From positions 320,001 through 384,000 of IMG/VR virus record IMGVR_UViG_3300020045_008999: a stretch of 64,000 nt of DNA; one strand, given 5' to 3'. The notes beneath the pieces were generated by a model. It made no database searches and was not told the origin of the DNA. It worked only from the letters and a program-made list of their open reading frames with translations. Positions 9,432-18,880 of this stretch are shown here, in pieces. The position numbers and the translations under genes are program-made. Position 1 is the stretch's first letter. Each line of letters starts with the position of its first letter. The DNA is from a virus (Duplodnaviria; Heunggongvirae; Uroviricota; Caudoviricetes).

Positions 9432-9914
9432 TTAATTTGTTATGATTATTTCTTTGGCAAGTAATTGCCGCTTACCCTTATACTTGATAATTTTAAATTT
9501 GTTGTATAAATCTAAAATAAAATTGTTATCTTCATATGATAATACGAATTTGCCCTTGATGTTACTTAAAATTTCAAATAATTCAGTATGTAGATCAACG
9601 CTGTGAGTTATCCCATATACATACTCTTTTTTAAAGTATGGTGGATCTACATAAAAAACTGTATTTTTCGAATCATATTTCTGAATAACTTCAACATAAT
9701 CTAGATGTAGCTCTACATCCGCTTTTATACTTATGCCATCATAGTGATGTATATCATTATACACTACAAATTTTGGCTCTACTTCTAAATAGTTTCGAAC
9801 CGCAAAAGATCCACCAAATGGTTCTACATAAATAAAATCTTCCATATTAGATGGAAGATTTTCTTTTATCAGTTCTTCAAAAATTGCTTTTGTTTTTTTA
9901 CCTGGAATATACAT
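9432..9914 (-). CDS. Minimal D12-class N6-adenine DNA methyltransferase
   Basis: YIPGKK, YVEPFGGS (motif I), FYVDPPY (motif IV); only 160 aa. Confidence 0.8.
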   Translation of the reverse strand: MYIPGKKTKAIFEELIKENLPSNMEDFIYVEPFGGSFAVRNYLEVEPKFVVYNDIHHYDGISIKADVELHLDYVEVIQKYDSKNTVFYVDPPYFKKEYVYGITHSVDLHTELFEILSNIKGKFVLSYEDNNFILDLYNKFKIIKYKGKRQLLAKEIIITN

Positions 9915-9915
9915 A

Positions 9916-10641
9916 TTATTTAATTTTCAATAATCCATCAATAATTGTCGAGTAGTGTTCTATTTCATCCTTGGCAGTCATGAAAAATTTACCATCTTTA
10001 TAAATTCGATAATTTATATCGGTAACTATTTCAATATTTGAATTTGTTATTTTAAGTTTACAGTGTTTTAAATATGATTTAAATCCCTCAACCTCTTCTC
10101 TAAGTGCATTATCTTCATAGGTTCCTTTTAGTACACATCTTTGGAAACATTCATTGAACATACGTAAATATATCAATCCTTCCGATGCAACCGCCTCATT
10201 AAGTCGTTCGGGTGGAAAATTTTCATTTAAAAACACTGAGTATCCCAAATTACCATCAACATCAATAAATGAATCGTCATAAGCAGCCATCATTTCGTCT
10301 CTTTGTTCAGCGGTTAGATCTTCGGTATCAGCAATATCATTATCATATTTATAATTATCTTCTACTTCACCCATATCAGATATTCGTGTTTTCAAAATAC
10401 ATCTATATTCAACTAATTTATTTTCATTTCCTATTGGGGAAATTGGGGAATATCCCCTAGCTCGATCGGCTTCAATTATTAAATTGTTTTCTAGAAGAAA
10501 TTCTAAAACTTGTGCACCTAGTGATAGATTAACATCACCAATCATACCATTTCCAGTATTTTGACCGGACCAATTTGAACCTAGTTCCGAATGTTTTTTA
10601 TACTGTATTGACACTTCATTTATGGGTTTAATATGTTTCAT
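9916..10641 (-). CDS. Hypothetical protein (probable head-internal protein)
   Basis: MKHIKPINE N-terminus; TTAATATATA upstream. Confidence 0.6.
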   Translation of the reverse strand: MKHIKPINEVSIQYKKHSELGSNWSGQNTGNGMIGDVNLSLGAQVLEFLLENNLIIEADRARGYSPISPIGNENKLVEYRCILKTRISDMGEVEDNYKYDNDIADTEDLTAEQRDEMMAAYDDSFIDVDGNLGYSVFLNENFPPERLNEAVASEGLIYLRMFNECFQRCVLKGTYEDNALREEVEGFKSYLKHCKLKITNSNIEIVTDINYRIYKDGKFFMTAKDEIEHYSTIIDGLLKIK

Positions 10642-10674
10642 TAGGTATATTGATTTTTCAGTATATATTAATTA

Positions 10675-10911
10675 TTAAGATTCGGATTCGGTCTCACCTA
10701 TTAATTCCCGAATTGTTTGTATTCGGTGCTCAATCAATGTAATAAACCGAGCACCGGTACTAGCAACATGTAGTTGTTGATTATTATCAGGTATGATTAC
10801 AACATAACCGCCCCAAGAGTGATTCATTACTAAATATTTTCCACCCGGGTGTATTACTGCCTCATACCCAGAAGCATTTGCACATACCATAATTTGCCAG
10901 TCCTTTGTCAT
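10675..10911 (-). CDS. Small hypothetical protein
   Basis: ATG 10911 just downstream of a TATATTTG host-type promoter. Confidence 0.6.
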   Translation of the reverse strand: MTKDWQIMVCANASGYEAVIHPGGKYLVMNHSWGGYVVIIPDNNQQLHVASTGARFITLIEHRIQTIRELIGETESES

Positions 10912-10948
10912 ATTGCAAATATACATTAAATATTATTTCCCACTATGC

Positions 10949-10975
10949 AAACTTTATGTTTTTTATTAGATATAA
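10949..10975 (+). promoter_or_regulatory. AAAC-N18-TATAA promoter (primase)
   Basis: Consensus match 5 nt before the ATG. Confidence 0.75.
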
Positions 10976-10980
10976 TTGCC

Positions 10981-12156
10981 ATGGATAAAGAATACATAAA
11001 ATCACTGATACAAGACGTACTGAATAAAGAATTCACATCTACTGAAAGAAGACGAATCAATGAATATCCGGATAGGCTAAATATGTGTTGTTTCATTTGC
11101 CAAGATTCTAAGGATGATCGTAAAAAAAGAGGTAATTTATATTTTGACACACTTAAATATATTTGCTATAATGACGGGTGTTCATCTAATTTAGATTCAG
11201 TATGTAAAAAATTCAATGTATCAATCGACCCATCTAAAAAAATGGAAATGATTGACCATTTGAATGCTAATATAACTTATGAGGTATATGAAAATAGTCT
11301 TCTGGAAGCTAAATTTGATGACCTACTCGATATTAATGATCTAGTGAATGCCTTTGAAAAATATGATAATAACATAACCAATCTAACACCAGTTATCCCT
11401 GGGGGGTTGGTTGATATTTATCTGGAGAAAAGAGGTATTTGTGGTGATTTATTGAAAAATATATGGCAAGCTAAATATTGGATAAGTGAAGATCGTTATG
11501 ATAATATCATTTGTTTAATGAACAAAGGGGGTGATAAAATACTAAGCATGCAAGTTCGTAATTTAAAAGAGGGAAAGAATCGTATGTTTAAGATATTCAA
11601 CTACGAAACATTGTATAAGTGGATTCATAATATAGATGAAATTGTTGATATTGATATGGAAAAATTAACACTATATAATAAGTTGGGATATTACTTCAAT
11701 ATTATGAATGTCGATTTTGAAAAAACGGTTACCATATTCGAGGGATATTTAGACTCACTTTTTTACCCAAATTCATTGGGTGTCGTAGGAACCAATACGG
11801 ATATGCGTTTTTTAGAATCGAATAATTTACCGCTGCAATATTTATATGATAATGATTACGCCGGCTTTAAAAAAGCCGAAGAAAAAATGAAAGCTGGGTT
11901 CAAAGTTTTTCTCTGGCAAAAATTATTTGATGATATTGTCAGTAAGAAAAAGGCATCCGACCCATACCAGTTAATGTATCGTATTAGTAAAGTGAAAGAT
12001 TTAAATGCATTGGCGATTTTAGTCAATAATCCTTACAAAACACTTTCAATGAATTCTTTTTTCTCAAACGATGTGTATGATATGGCATATATCCCAAAAA
12101 AGAAATTTATAAAGAGAATTCCATTGAAAAATATATCAGGGGTGAAAAAATATTAA
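10981..12156 (+). CDS. DNA primase (T4 gp61-like)
   Basis: Zn finger CFICQDS...RGNLY...YICYNDGC, YLEKRGI, TOPRIM FEGYLDSLF and YDND.AG, KDLN. Confidence 0.9.
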   Translation: MDKEYIKSLIQDVLNKEFTSTERRRINEYPDRLNMCCFICQDSKDDRKKRGNLYFDTLKYICYNDGCSSNLDSVCKKFNVSIDPSKKMEMIDHLNANITYEVYENSLLEAKFDDLLDINDLVNAFEKYDNNITNLTPVIPGGLVDIYLEKRGICGDLLKNIWQAKYWISEDRYDNIICLMNKGGDKILSMQVRNLKEGKNRMFKIFNYETLYKWIHNIDEIVDIDMEKLTLYNKLGYYFNIMNVDFEKTVTIFEGYLDSLFYPNSLGVVGTNTDMRFLESNNLPLQYLYDNDYAGFKKAEEKMKAGFKVFLWQKLFDDIVSKKKASDPYQLMYRISKVKDLNALAILVNNPYKTLSMNSFFSNDVYDMAYIPKKKFIKRIPLKNISGVKKY

Positions 12157-12172
12157 TTTTTAGTTTTTATGT

Positions 12173-12199
12173 AAACTAAAACAAAGTTTTTGTATATAA
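12173..12199 (+). promoter_or_regulatory. AAAC-N18-TATAA promoter (Hc1-like gene)
   Basis: Consensus match. Confidence 0.75.
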
Positions 12200-12225
12200 A
12201 GATAAATAAAAAATAATTAAATACA

Positions 12226-12396
12226 ATGAAACAAGAATTATATGAACAATTAGCAACTTTGTGGGCCCAATTTGATGCAGCACACAATAGTACAAAGAAA
12301 AAAGATGCGGCAGAAGCAAGAAAAGCATTAGGTGAAATTAAAAAATTGGTTACCGCATACCGAGCGGCATCTACCGAAGAAGCAAAAGCTAAATAA
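12226..12396 (+). CDS. Histone H1-like (Hc1-family) small basic protein; not in the ORF track
   Basis: 56 aa MKQELYEQLATLWAQFDAAHNSTKKKDAAEARKALGEIKKLVTAYRAASTEEAKAK; own promoter and terminator. Confidence 0.75.
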   Translation: MKQELYEQLATLWAQFDAAHNSTKKKDAAEARKALGEIKKLVTAYRAASTEEAKAK

Positions 12397-12414
12397 TAAT
12401 AATAATAATAATAA
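12394..12414 (+). repeat. (TAA)7 microsatellite forming seven in-frame stops
   Basis: TAA at 12394, 12397, 12400, 12403, 12406, 12409 and 12412. Confidence 0.9.
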
Positions 12415-12471
12415 AAAGTAAAAATAAAAACCCTACATATCGTGGGGTTTTCTCACATAAATAATAGATAT

Positions 12472-13185
12472 ATGAAATACATGGGTAGCAAAAATAGAAT
12501 TGCAAAAGAGCTATTGGCAATTATTTTAAAAGATCGATTACCAGAACAATATTATGTAGAGCCAATGGTAGGTGGTGCTAATGTAATTGATAAAGTAACC
12601 GGTAACCGGATAGGATCAGATAAGAATAAATACTTAATTGCTCTATGGAAAGGACTTCAAGAAAATCGAGATCAATTAAACACAATTCCAAAAAATATTT
12701 ACGACGAAGCTAGAACCGAATTTAATAATAGTACGAATATCAAATATGATGATTTTGAGATTGGTTGGATCGGGTTTATGGCATCATTTAATGGACGTTT
12801 TTTTGACGGCGGATATAATGGAAATTATACAAAACGAAATTACACAAAAGAAAGTATAGATAATATTTCAAAACAATTGAATGATATTGTAGGAATTGAA
12901 TTTATTCATGGTGATTATGACCAATTGATTATTCCAGATAATAGTATTATTTATTGTGATATTCCATACGAGAACACTAAACAATATTCAACATCCGCAA
13001 ATTTCGATTATTCCAAATTTTGGCAATGGTGTAGAGTAATGTCACAGAGTGGACATTCAGTTTTTATTTCAGAATATGTGGCCCCGAGTGATTTTCAATG
13101 TATATGGAGTAAATCGATTACAAATTCTATGAATACATCAAAAACCACTAAACCAGTTGAAAAATTATTCAAATATATCGGTTGA
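12472..13185 (+). CDS. D12-class N6-adenine DNA methyltransferase (Dam-like)
   Basis: MKYMGSKNRIA, YVEPMVGG, IYCDIPY, VFISEY. Confidence 0.85.
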   Translation: MKYMGSKNRIAKELLAIILKDRLPEQYYVEPMVGGANVIDKVTGNRIGSDKNKYLIALWKGLQENRDQLNTIPKNIYDEARTEFNNSTNIKYDDFEIGWIGFMASFNGRFFDGGYNGNYTKRNYTKESIDNISKQLNDIVGIEFIHGDYDQLIIPDNSIIYCDIPYENTKQYSTSANFDYSKFWQWCRVMSQSGHSVFISEYVAPSDFQCIWSKSITNSMNTSKTTKPVEKLFKYIG

Positions 13186-13216
13186 TCTATTAATTATACT
13201 AATTAGAAATTATATT

Positions 13217-13243
13217 AAACTTTTGTTCTATTCTAATGTATAA
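13217..13243 (+). promoter_or_regulatory. AAAC-N18-TATAA promoter (polymerase half)
   Basis: Consensus match. Confidence 0.75.
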
Positions 13244-13266
13244 TAGAACAAAAAATTATCACTTAA

Positions 13267-14724
13267 ATGGAAAAGTCAGAAAAGTTAAAGAAAATAGCAG
13301 AATTAAAAGAAAAAGCTGTCATGGTTCGACGCGAAGTTGATTATTACAATGCACTACAATTATCACTTAAATTAATATTGAACGGATCATATGGTGCTCT
13401 TGCTGCTAAATATTTCGTACTTTTCAATGAATATGTAGCAGGTACCATTACTGCTGAGGGGCGTGAACTAACCAAGACAATGGATAGAGATAATGAAGAT
13501 TATTGGTTTACTCAATGGCATACTGATAAGGAAACTCATCGTAAATTGTGTATAAAAAATGTGACACAAATTGCGGACACTCAAAATGTCAGTATCTATG
13601 CGGATACGGATTCCCTTTTTGTGTCGATGAAACCGGCCATTGATCATTGTGATTGGCAAAATTTAATGATTAATACTGACCAATTAAATAAAATGTCTAA
13701 ACCATTCATAGTGATATATGGTAGTGATAAAGTACAATTTGAAAACACAAATTGTATTGACACGATGCATATAAGTGATTATCAGGATAAGATTTTATTC
13801 AAAGATGCTATTACAGAATTATTAGATAACAATCTTGGTGTAAACATCATAGTTGATGGTAAATGGATAGCTGATAGGGATTTATATCCAGCTATTACAA
13901 AATACCCTAATATTTTTTGGAATTGGACATGTGAATTAGATTTTATGCATGGTATTGATATTTTTAAATATGGTCAATATTTCAAAGATTGTTTAGAAAG
14001 ACATGCTGCAACATATGGTGTTCCAAATGTACAAGATTTTGAAATGGAACGTATATCGGAATCAATGATTAGTATTGCCAAGAAAAAATACATATCGCAT
14101 ATTCTTTATGAAGATGGTATTCCATACGATAGAATGTCATATCTATACCCAAAGGGTGTTGAATTGGTACGTCGTAGTACACCATTGTTTGCTAGGGAAA
14201 AAATACCAGTAATTGTTGAGTATTTGTTCAATGATCCGGATAAATTCAATATTAGAGATTTAATGAAGCTGGTAAAGGACCTCAAGAAACAATTCGACAT
14301 GTGTGTACCTGATAAAATAGACGATATATCTATGCAATCATCTTGTTCGAAATATAAAGAAAAAGTTCTATCAGATAAAGGAAAACTTGAATTCGTATCC
14401 GGTGCGCACTTTGCGGTTAAAGCCAGTGCATATCATAATTTTCTATTAAATAAAAACACTGCATTGTTAGGAAAATATGAACATGTAAAATCTGGTGATA
14501 AAATAAAATATTACTATTGTAAGAATAAAGAGGTGAATGGTATTTTCGCTTACAGCAGGGGCTCTTATCCGATCGAATTTGCACCAGACATAGATTTGGA
14601 CATGCAATTCATGAAGTCTATTCTATCCCCTATAAATTCCATTATAAAGCCGCTAGGACTTCCAGCTATTACAGAGCGATTAAGTGTGGTTATGGATATA
14701 TTTGGTGGCGGTATTAAGTTTTAA
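13267..14724 (+). CDS. Family B DNA polymerase, C-terminal half (split gp43B-like)
   Basis: Motif B KLILNGSYG, motif C YADTDS, AKKKY, KGVELVR; exonuclease domain and motif A absent. Confidence 0.9.
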   Translation: MEKSEKLKKIAELKEKAVMVRREVDYYNALQLSLKLILNGSYGALAAKYFVLFNEYVAGTITAEGRELTKTMDRDNEDYWFTQWHTDKETHRKLCIKNVTQIADTQNVSIYADTDSLFVSMKPAIDHCDWQNLMINTDQLNKMSKPFIVIYGSDKVQFENTNCIDTMHISDYQDKILFKDAITELLDNNLGVNIIVDGKWIADRDLYPAITKYPNIFWNWTCELDFMHGIDIFKYGQYFKDCLERHAATYGVPNVQDFEMERISESMISIAKKKYISHILYEDGIPYDRMSYLYPKGVELVRRSTPLFAREKIPVIVEYLFNDPDKFNIRDLMKLVKDLKKQFDMCVPDKIDDISMQSSCSKYKEKVLSDKGKLEFVSGAHFAVKASAYHNFLLNKNTALLGKYEHVKSGDKIKYYYCKNKEVNGIFAYSRGSYPIEFAPDIDLDMQFMKSILSPINSIIKPLGLPAITERLSVVMDIFGGGIKF

Positions 14725-14767
14725 TCTAATAATTTTAATATATAGTTAAAACTTAATATTCAACCGT

Positions 14768-15094
14768 ATGAAAATCACCAGATTTGCTTTTTTCGACATA
14801 TTGCAGGAAAATATTGATTCAGTTGAATCGGCTAATATTGACTCGAGTCACACCGAACCAAATATAGAAGCCCAAGTAATTAAATCAGATAGTGTAGAAC
14901 CACAAGCGACAGCGGATCAATCCGGCGATAATAGTTTAGAAGACCTTTCAAAAGCATTGGGTGTTCCAATTGAGAATAATACCATTAAATATAGAGGGAA
15001 AAGAATTAATTACTTCTCAGAATCAGATACATTCGACGTAAATGGTGAGAAATTTAATGATGTTGGTGAAATATTGAAATATTTAAAAAAATAA
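14768..15094 (+). CDS. Hypothetical protein
   Basis: 108-aa ORF with TTAATATATA upstream and terminator downstream. Confidence 0.7.
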   Translation: MKITRFAFFDILQENIDSVESANIDSSHTEPNIEAQVIKSDSVEPQATADQSGDNSLEDLSKALGVPIENNTIKYRGKRINYFSESDTFDVNGEKFNDVGEILKYLKK

Positions 15095-15095
15095 A

Positions 15096-15125
15096 AAAAA
15101 GTGGAAGATAATCTTCCACTTTTTT
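15096..15125. terminator. Bidirectional intrinsic terminator
   Basis: AAAAAGTGGAAGATAATCTTCCACTTTTT. Confidence 0.85.
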
Positions 15126-15456
15126 ATTTTCCCGTTTTGTCATCGGTACTGGTATCTGGTCCCAGTTCGAATTTCCCACTTTCGATTTTTGTTTTATCTG
15201 ATGCGTTTTTAAGACCTAATATTACAAGATGATGTGAAAGTATAAGTGCAAATACACCAATGTGTTCAACCGGTATAACATATGGTAAGTCTTTCGACCA
15301 GTTTATATAAGCATTAATTACATCGATACATAGATACACTATGGTTGTTGATAGTATAGATCCTAATATAAAATAGGATGAAATCTTTGTATGAGAGTAA
15401 TTTTTAGTCAAATCTTTGGTTGACTCTTTAAGGAAATCTAATAATTGTATAATCAT
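15124..15456 (-). CDS. Two-TM membrane protein, possible holin
   Basis: Two hydrophobic stretches and a charged C-terminal tail; late-type motif upstream. Confidence 0.45.
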   Translation of the reverse strand: MIIQLLDFLKESTKDLTKNYSHTKISSYFILGSILSTTIVYLCIDVINAYINWSKDLPYVIPVEHIGVFALILSHHLVILGLKNASDKTKIESGKFELGPDTSTDDKTGK

Positions 15457-15521
15457 AATTTTGAGTGGTTTGTTTTCATATATATTAATATAGGGAACTA
15501 CTTTTTTAATATATATTTTTA

Positions 15522-15998
15522 ATGATTAAAGAATTTAAAGATATATTTAAAATCCGTCATATGGGTTTTGAACATTACATCGCTATTGATTATTGTTTAT
15601 ATAAATATGCAAAAATACTCATCTGGCTATTAGTATTATTCAACAGGCGTTATAAATTGTGTGAAATTTATAGACATAAATATAAAAGTGATCGCAATAT
15701 AGTAATTGTTGGTTTGCGATGGAACGGTAGAAATGTGAAAAGACGCACGTCCGGATTTGCAAAGGAATTTATCAGCCGGCACCGAAATTCAATATGTATA
15801 TATTGTAATTGTAAGCTTAACATAGTAAATGCTACAGCGGACCATATCGTACCAATCAGTAAAGGGGGTAACAACTGCCAAGCAAATTTAATGGTATGTT
15901 GCACCGATTGTAATTCTGAACGGGGTAATATGAGTTTCAAGAAATTTATTCGATTGAAAAATAAACTTTATAGGTATAAAAAGGATATATTCATATGA
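15522..15998 (+). CDS. HNH endonuclease
   Basis: CIYC...TADHIVPISKGG...NLMVCCTDCNSERG. Confidence 0.9.
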   Translation: MIKEFKDIFKIRHMGFEHYIAIDYCLYKYAKILIWLLVLFNRRYKLCEIYRHKYKSDRNIVIVGLRWNGRNVKRRTSGFAKEFISRHRNSICIYCNCKLNIVNATADHIVPISKGGNNCQANLMVCCTDCNSERGNMSFKKFIRLKNKLYRYKKDIFI

Positions 15999-16354
15999 GA
16001 AATATTTATAATTTAATAAAAGGTGTTGTTATACCGATTGAATCATTTCACATGGATGAAGCAACTTCTAAAATTTATATTAAAATTGATATTTGTTTAG
16101 GCGATTTTATGTTTACATATGATCTGTTTGATTTTGATTATATCAATCGCTGCGGAATTATCATTTATGCCAATTCAGTTTATTATCATTTCATAATTTC
16201 TACGTTAAATGACATCGAAGTAATTGGGAATATAACATCCATAACAATGATTGGTTCAGGTCAGATGTTTTGTAGTGAATTACCACATTGGGTAGTGGAA
16301 GATATTAGAGTTTATAACCGAACTAAAGCTATACAATCTATTCTATCTTTATAA
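15995..16354 (+). CDS. Hypothetical protein
   Basis: ATGA overlap with the HNH gene; C-terminal RTKAIQSIL. Confidence 0.6.
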   Translation: MRNIYNLIKGVVIPIESFHMDEATSKIYIKIDICLGDFMFTYDLFDFDYINRCGIIIYANSVYYHFIISTLNDIEVIGNITSITMIGSGQMFCSELPHWVVEDIRVYNRTKAIQSILSL

Positions 16355-16703
16355 CAAATTTATATATTGTTCTAATGCTAATGTATTTAGCTATATTAAT
16401 ATGATTTGGTAATACATTAGTCAATGCATCAATAGTATATTTGACATATTCTGGTGGATCGCGTTCTTTTTGCTTCAGAGAAATTGTCATTTGATAGCCC
16501 GAACAATATTGCATTATCACAATTTCTGATATAGATTCGATATATTCTAAATATTCCTCAATTCCAGATTCCTTAATATAATTACACACCGCATCATAAA
16601 TGCGATCTACCTCCGCAATAGATGGTGCTGGGCGTGTGAATGTTATTTTTATTCGATCACCATTTAATAAATAATTTCGCTGAATTTTGCTATAATATAA
16701 CAT
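16338..16703 (-). CDS. Hypothetical protein
   Basis: 121-aa ORF downstream of a TATCTTTG host-type promoter. Confidence 0.55.
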   Translation of the reverse strand: MLYYSKIQRNYLLNGDRIKITFTRPAPSIAEVDRIYDAVCNYIKESGIEEYLEYIESISEIVIMQYCSGYQMTISLKQKERDPPEYVKYTIDALTNVLPNHINIAKYISIRTIYKFVIKIE

Positions 16704-16748
16704 ATTAAAAAATTAAAAACACTATGCAAAGATAGTGTTTATTTTTTA

Positions 16749-17516
16749 TTAATCATCCCAAGATTGTTCATATGACAACATTAAATTGGATATATCATCT
16801 TTAATTAAGACAAATGTGTCGTATATGTAAAATACGATATCTTCTTTACTATCGTCTATATTTGATAGATATTTTTTCAAAAAAGTTAGATTATGGTATT
16901 CCAAGTCTTCCGAGGTACCTACCGTAAGTTCCCATTTAGATGGTTCGGAGAATAATACTGATCCCTCGTTAATGTTGATGTCAAGTATTTTATCTTCCGA
17001 ATAAATACTTGATAATTTTTTAATATTGACAAAATCATCTTTATGAACTAAAAAGTTCCAACTGGCTAAATCCGGATCTAGATTTGCTTCTAATACAGAA
17101 TAAGTCATATCACGTATTTTATATAATTCGCCACCAATGCATGAGATTTTAAGTTTTCCGCTAGTGAACATTCCAGATCTAACGTGAAGGCATCCATTAT
17201 CGATTCGGAATAAAACATCTAATTTTACTTCTTCACCACAAGATAGAATGTTTAAACTTTTCACTACCTTTGGTGCATTTAATATCACATAGTCCAGTGG
17301 CATATCTTTATCATATACGATATAGTCGGATGTTACTAAACCATAACTTTTTAAGGCGGTTACAGTAGAATCCTTTGCGATCATTGTATACATTAGTATA
17401 TTTTCTCGGTCTATTTTTAGCTTAACCGTAGGATCAATGCTTGCTAAATCTTTTAATTTGGTTAGAAAGTCAGCAAAAGCTTCCCCTGTAAATTTGAATG
17501 TTAATTTATTCGACAT
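16749..17516 (-). CDS. Putative DNA sliding clamp (gp45/PCNA-like)
   Basis: 255 aa with a two-domain beta-alpha-beta pattern typical of clamps; same promoter class as the replication genes. Confidence 0.55.
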   Translation of the reverse strand: MSNKLTFKFTGEAFADFLTKLKDLASIDPTVKLKIDRENILMYTMIAKDSTVTALKSYGLVTSDYIVYDKDMPLDYVILNAPKVVKSLNILSCGEEVKLDVLFRIDNGCLHVRSGMFTSGKLKISCIGGELYKIRDMTYSVLEANLDPDLASWNFLVHKDDFVNIKKLSSIYSEDKILDININEGSVLFSEPSKWELTVGTSEDLEYHNLTFLKKYLSNIDDSKEDIVFYIYDTFVLIKDDISNLMLSYEQSWDD

Positions 17517-17540
17517 AGTAATTGTATCATGTTATAATCA

Positions 17541-17567
17541 GTATACCGAATTATAACTATTTTGTTT
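17541..17567 (-). promoter_or_regulatory. AAAC-N18-TATAC promoter (clamp)
   Basis: Near-consensus match. Confidence 0.65.
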
Positions 17568-17588
17568 GGATAAAATTAGATAAAAATT

Positions 17589-18110
17589 TTACTTTATGAA
17601 TATAAATTCAATATAAATTGGATTCAGTTTATATTTTTTTGCCATTTCGGTGATGATTGTATCGTCTTCACAATACAAAAGTCCGAATTCAGTTTCAATA
17701 TTATCGATAATCACATCCATGATGTCATCAAAATCACTATAATCATACTTTTCTAAAAGTCGATCATATATTGCATCAACACGTTTATCATTACACTCAA
17801 TATAGGCGATAAAGTCGTTTTCAATAAACCAACCGGTTACTCTACCTTTAGTAGTGTAAGTGGACGTATATATGTATTTAAAGTCCTTTTCGTAGCCGCT
17901 TTGTTTGAGTGCATTTACGAATTTTAAAATCGCATTTGGTTCATTCGAATTATCATCAGATTCAACATTCAGGTTGTCTAAGTTTTCATTATTACTGATT
18001 CTCGATAGTAGTGTATTATCCATTTTCGATAGAGACCCCAATCCACCTGATGATATTTTATCTAGGATTTTGTTGAGGATTTGTTCGCGTTCGGTTGTGT
18101 TTCTTTCCAT
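17589..18110 (-). CDS. Hypothetical protein with N-terminal DUF6576-like helix pair
   Basis: LNKILDKISSGGLGSLS. Confidence 0.6.
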   Translation of the reverse strand: MERNTTEREQILNKILDKISSGGLGSLSKMDNTLLSRISNNENLDNLNVESDDNSNEPNAILKFVNALKQSGYEKDFKYIYTSTYTTKGRVTGWFIENDFIAYIECNDKRVDAIYDRLLEKYDYSDFDDIMDVIIDNIETEFGLLYCEDDTIITEMAKKYKLNPIYIEFIFIK

Positions 18111-18119
18111 TTTTTATTA

Positions 18120-18368
18120 TTAGTAGGTTTGTGATAACAATAATCCTATTACATGAGTTCTGAATTGCTTAGGTTCTATAAATTTTTCGATATTATCCAT
18201 TACTAAATCTATACTAACACCATTTTCCACTGAGGAATTAAATACCAAGTAATGGGTATTACTTATGGGTTGAATGAAATAAGTTTTGCCATAGATTAGT
18301 GAATTATTATCACCTATATACTTCAGTACATGAGTTTTAAGACGTCGTGTTTTTAATAATATATGCAT
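18120..18368 (-). CDS. Small hypothetical protein
   Basis: Coupled to uvsY; LIYGKTY core and C-terminal RTHVIGLLL. Confidence 0.6.
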   Translation of the reverse strand: MHILLKTRRLKTHVLKYIGDNNSLIYGKTYFIQPISNTHYLVFNSSVENGVSIDLVMDNIEKFIEPKQFRTHVIGLLLSQTY

Positions 18369-18862
18369 TATTTTTTTCCTAAAAGTTGATATAGGTCAAT
18401 TCCATTTTTAATCAAATATCCAACACTATCTAATGTTTTAATAGTTGTTCTTAAATATTCAATATGACTCTCAATGAGTTCTATGGTGTTAACATACACG
18501 GCAATGTGTGCATCAATTAGAGTCGTCTTCTCACCCATATTTGTTTTTAGCCCAAAACCGGTTGAATAGAAAATTAATTTTTCGTGTTTGATTTTTTTAA
18601 GTCCAATCATCTCCTTACTTCGTTTGTTCAGAAATAAACTAATTTCATCACTTATTGAAATTCTAAAAGATAGTGCAGATATAGAACTTTCCATGATCTT
18701 CTCGGATTGTCCGAGTGAAAAATTATGCTGTAATGATGTAATAATTGGAATAAGTTCTTTAGTCCATTGAGCGCGTTTTGAATCAAAAAAGACAACAAGT
18801 TGTTCATTTGAAATTTCTTTTTTATTAATTCGTTCTATTTCTTCGGGTGAGAATGGGTTCAT
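18368..18862 (-). CDS. uvsY: UvsY-like recombination mediator
   Basis: All-helical 164 aa; KLIFYS...EKTTLIDA...EYLRTTIKTLDSVGYLIKN resembles the UvsY C-terminus. Confidence 0.6.
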   Translation of the reverse strand: MNPFSPEEIERINKKEISNEQLVVFFDSKRAQWTKELIPIITSLQHNFSLGQSEKIMESSISALSFRISISDEISLFLNKRSKEMIGLKKIKHEKLIFYSTGFGLKTNMGEKTTLIDAHIAVYVNTIELIESHIEYLRTTIKTLDSVGYLIKNGIDLYQLLGKK

Positions 18863-18880
18863 CTTGGATTGTTTATTATT

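Noticed and set aside
13267-13400. Split intein at the start of the polymerase half
   Set aside because: No HN-C/S/T junction or intein block F/G; the N-terminus is a plain helix leading to motif B.
15522-15998. HNH gene as part of a group I intron
   Set aside because: Free-standing with its own promoter motif; no interrupted host gene flanks it.
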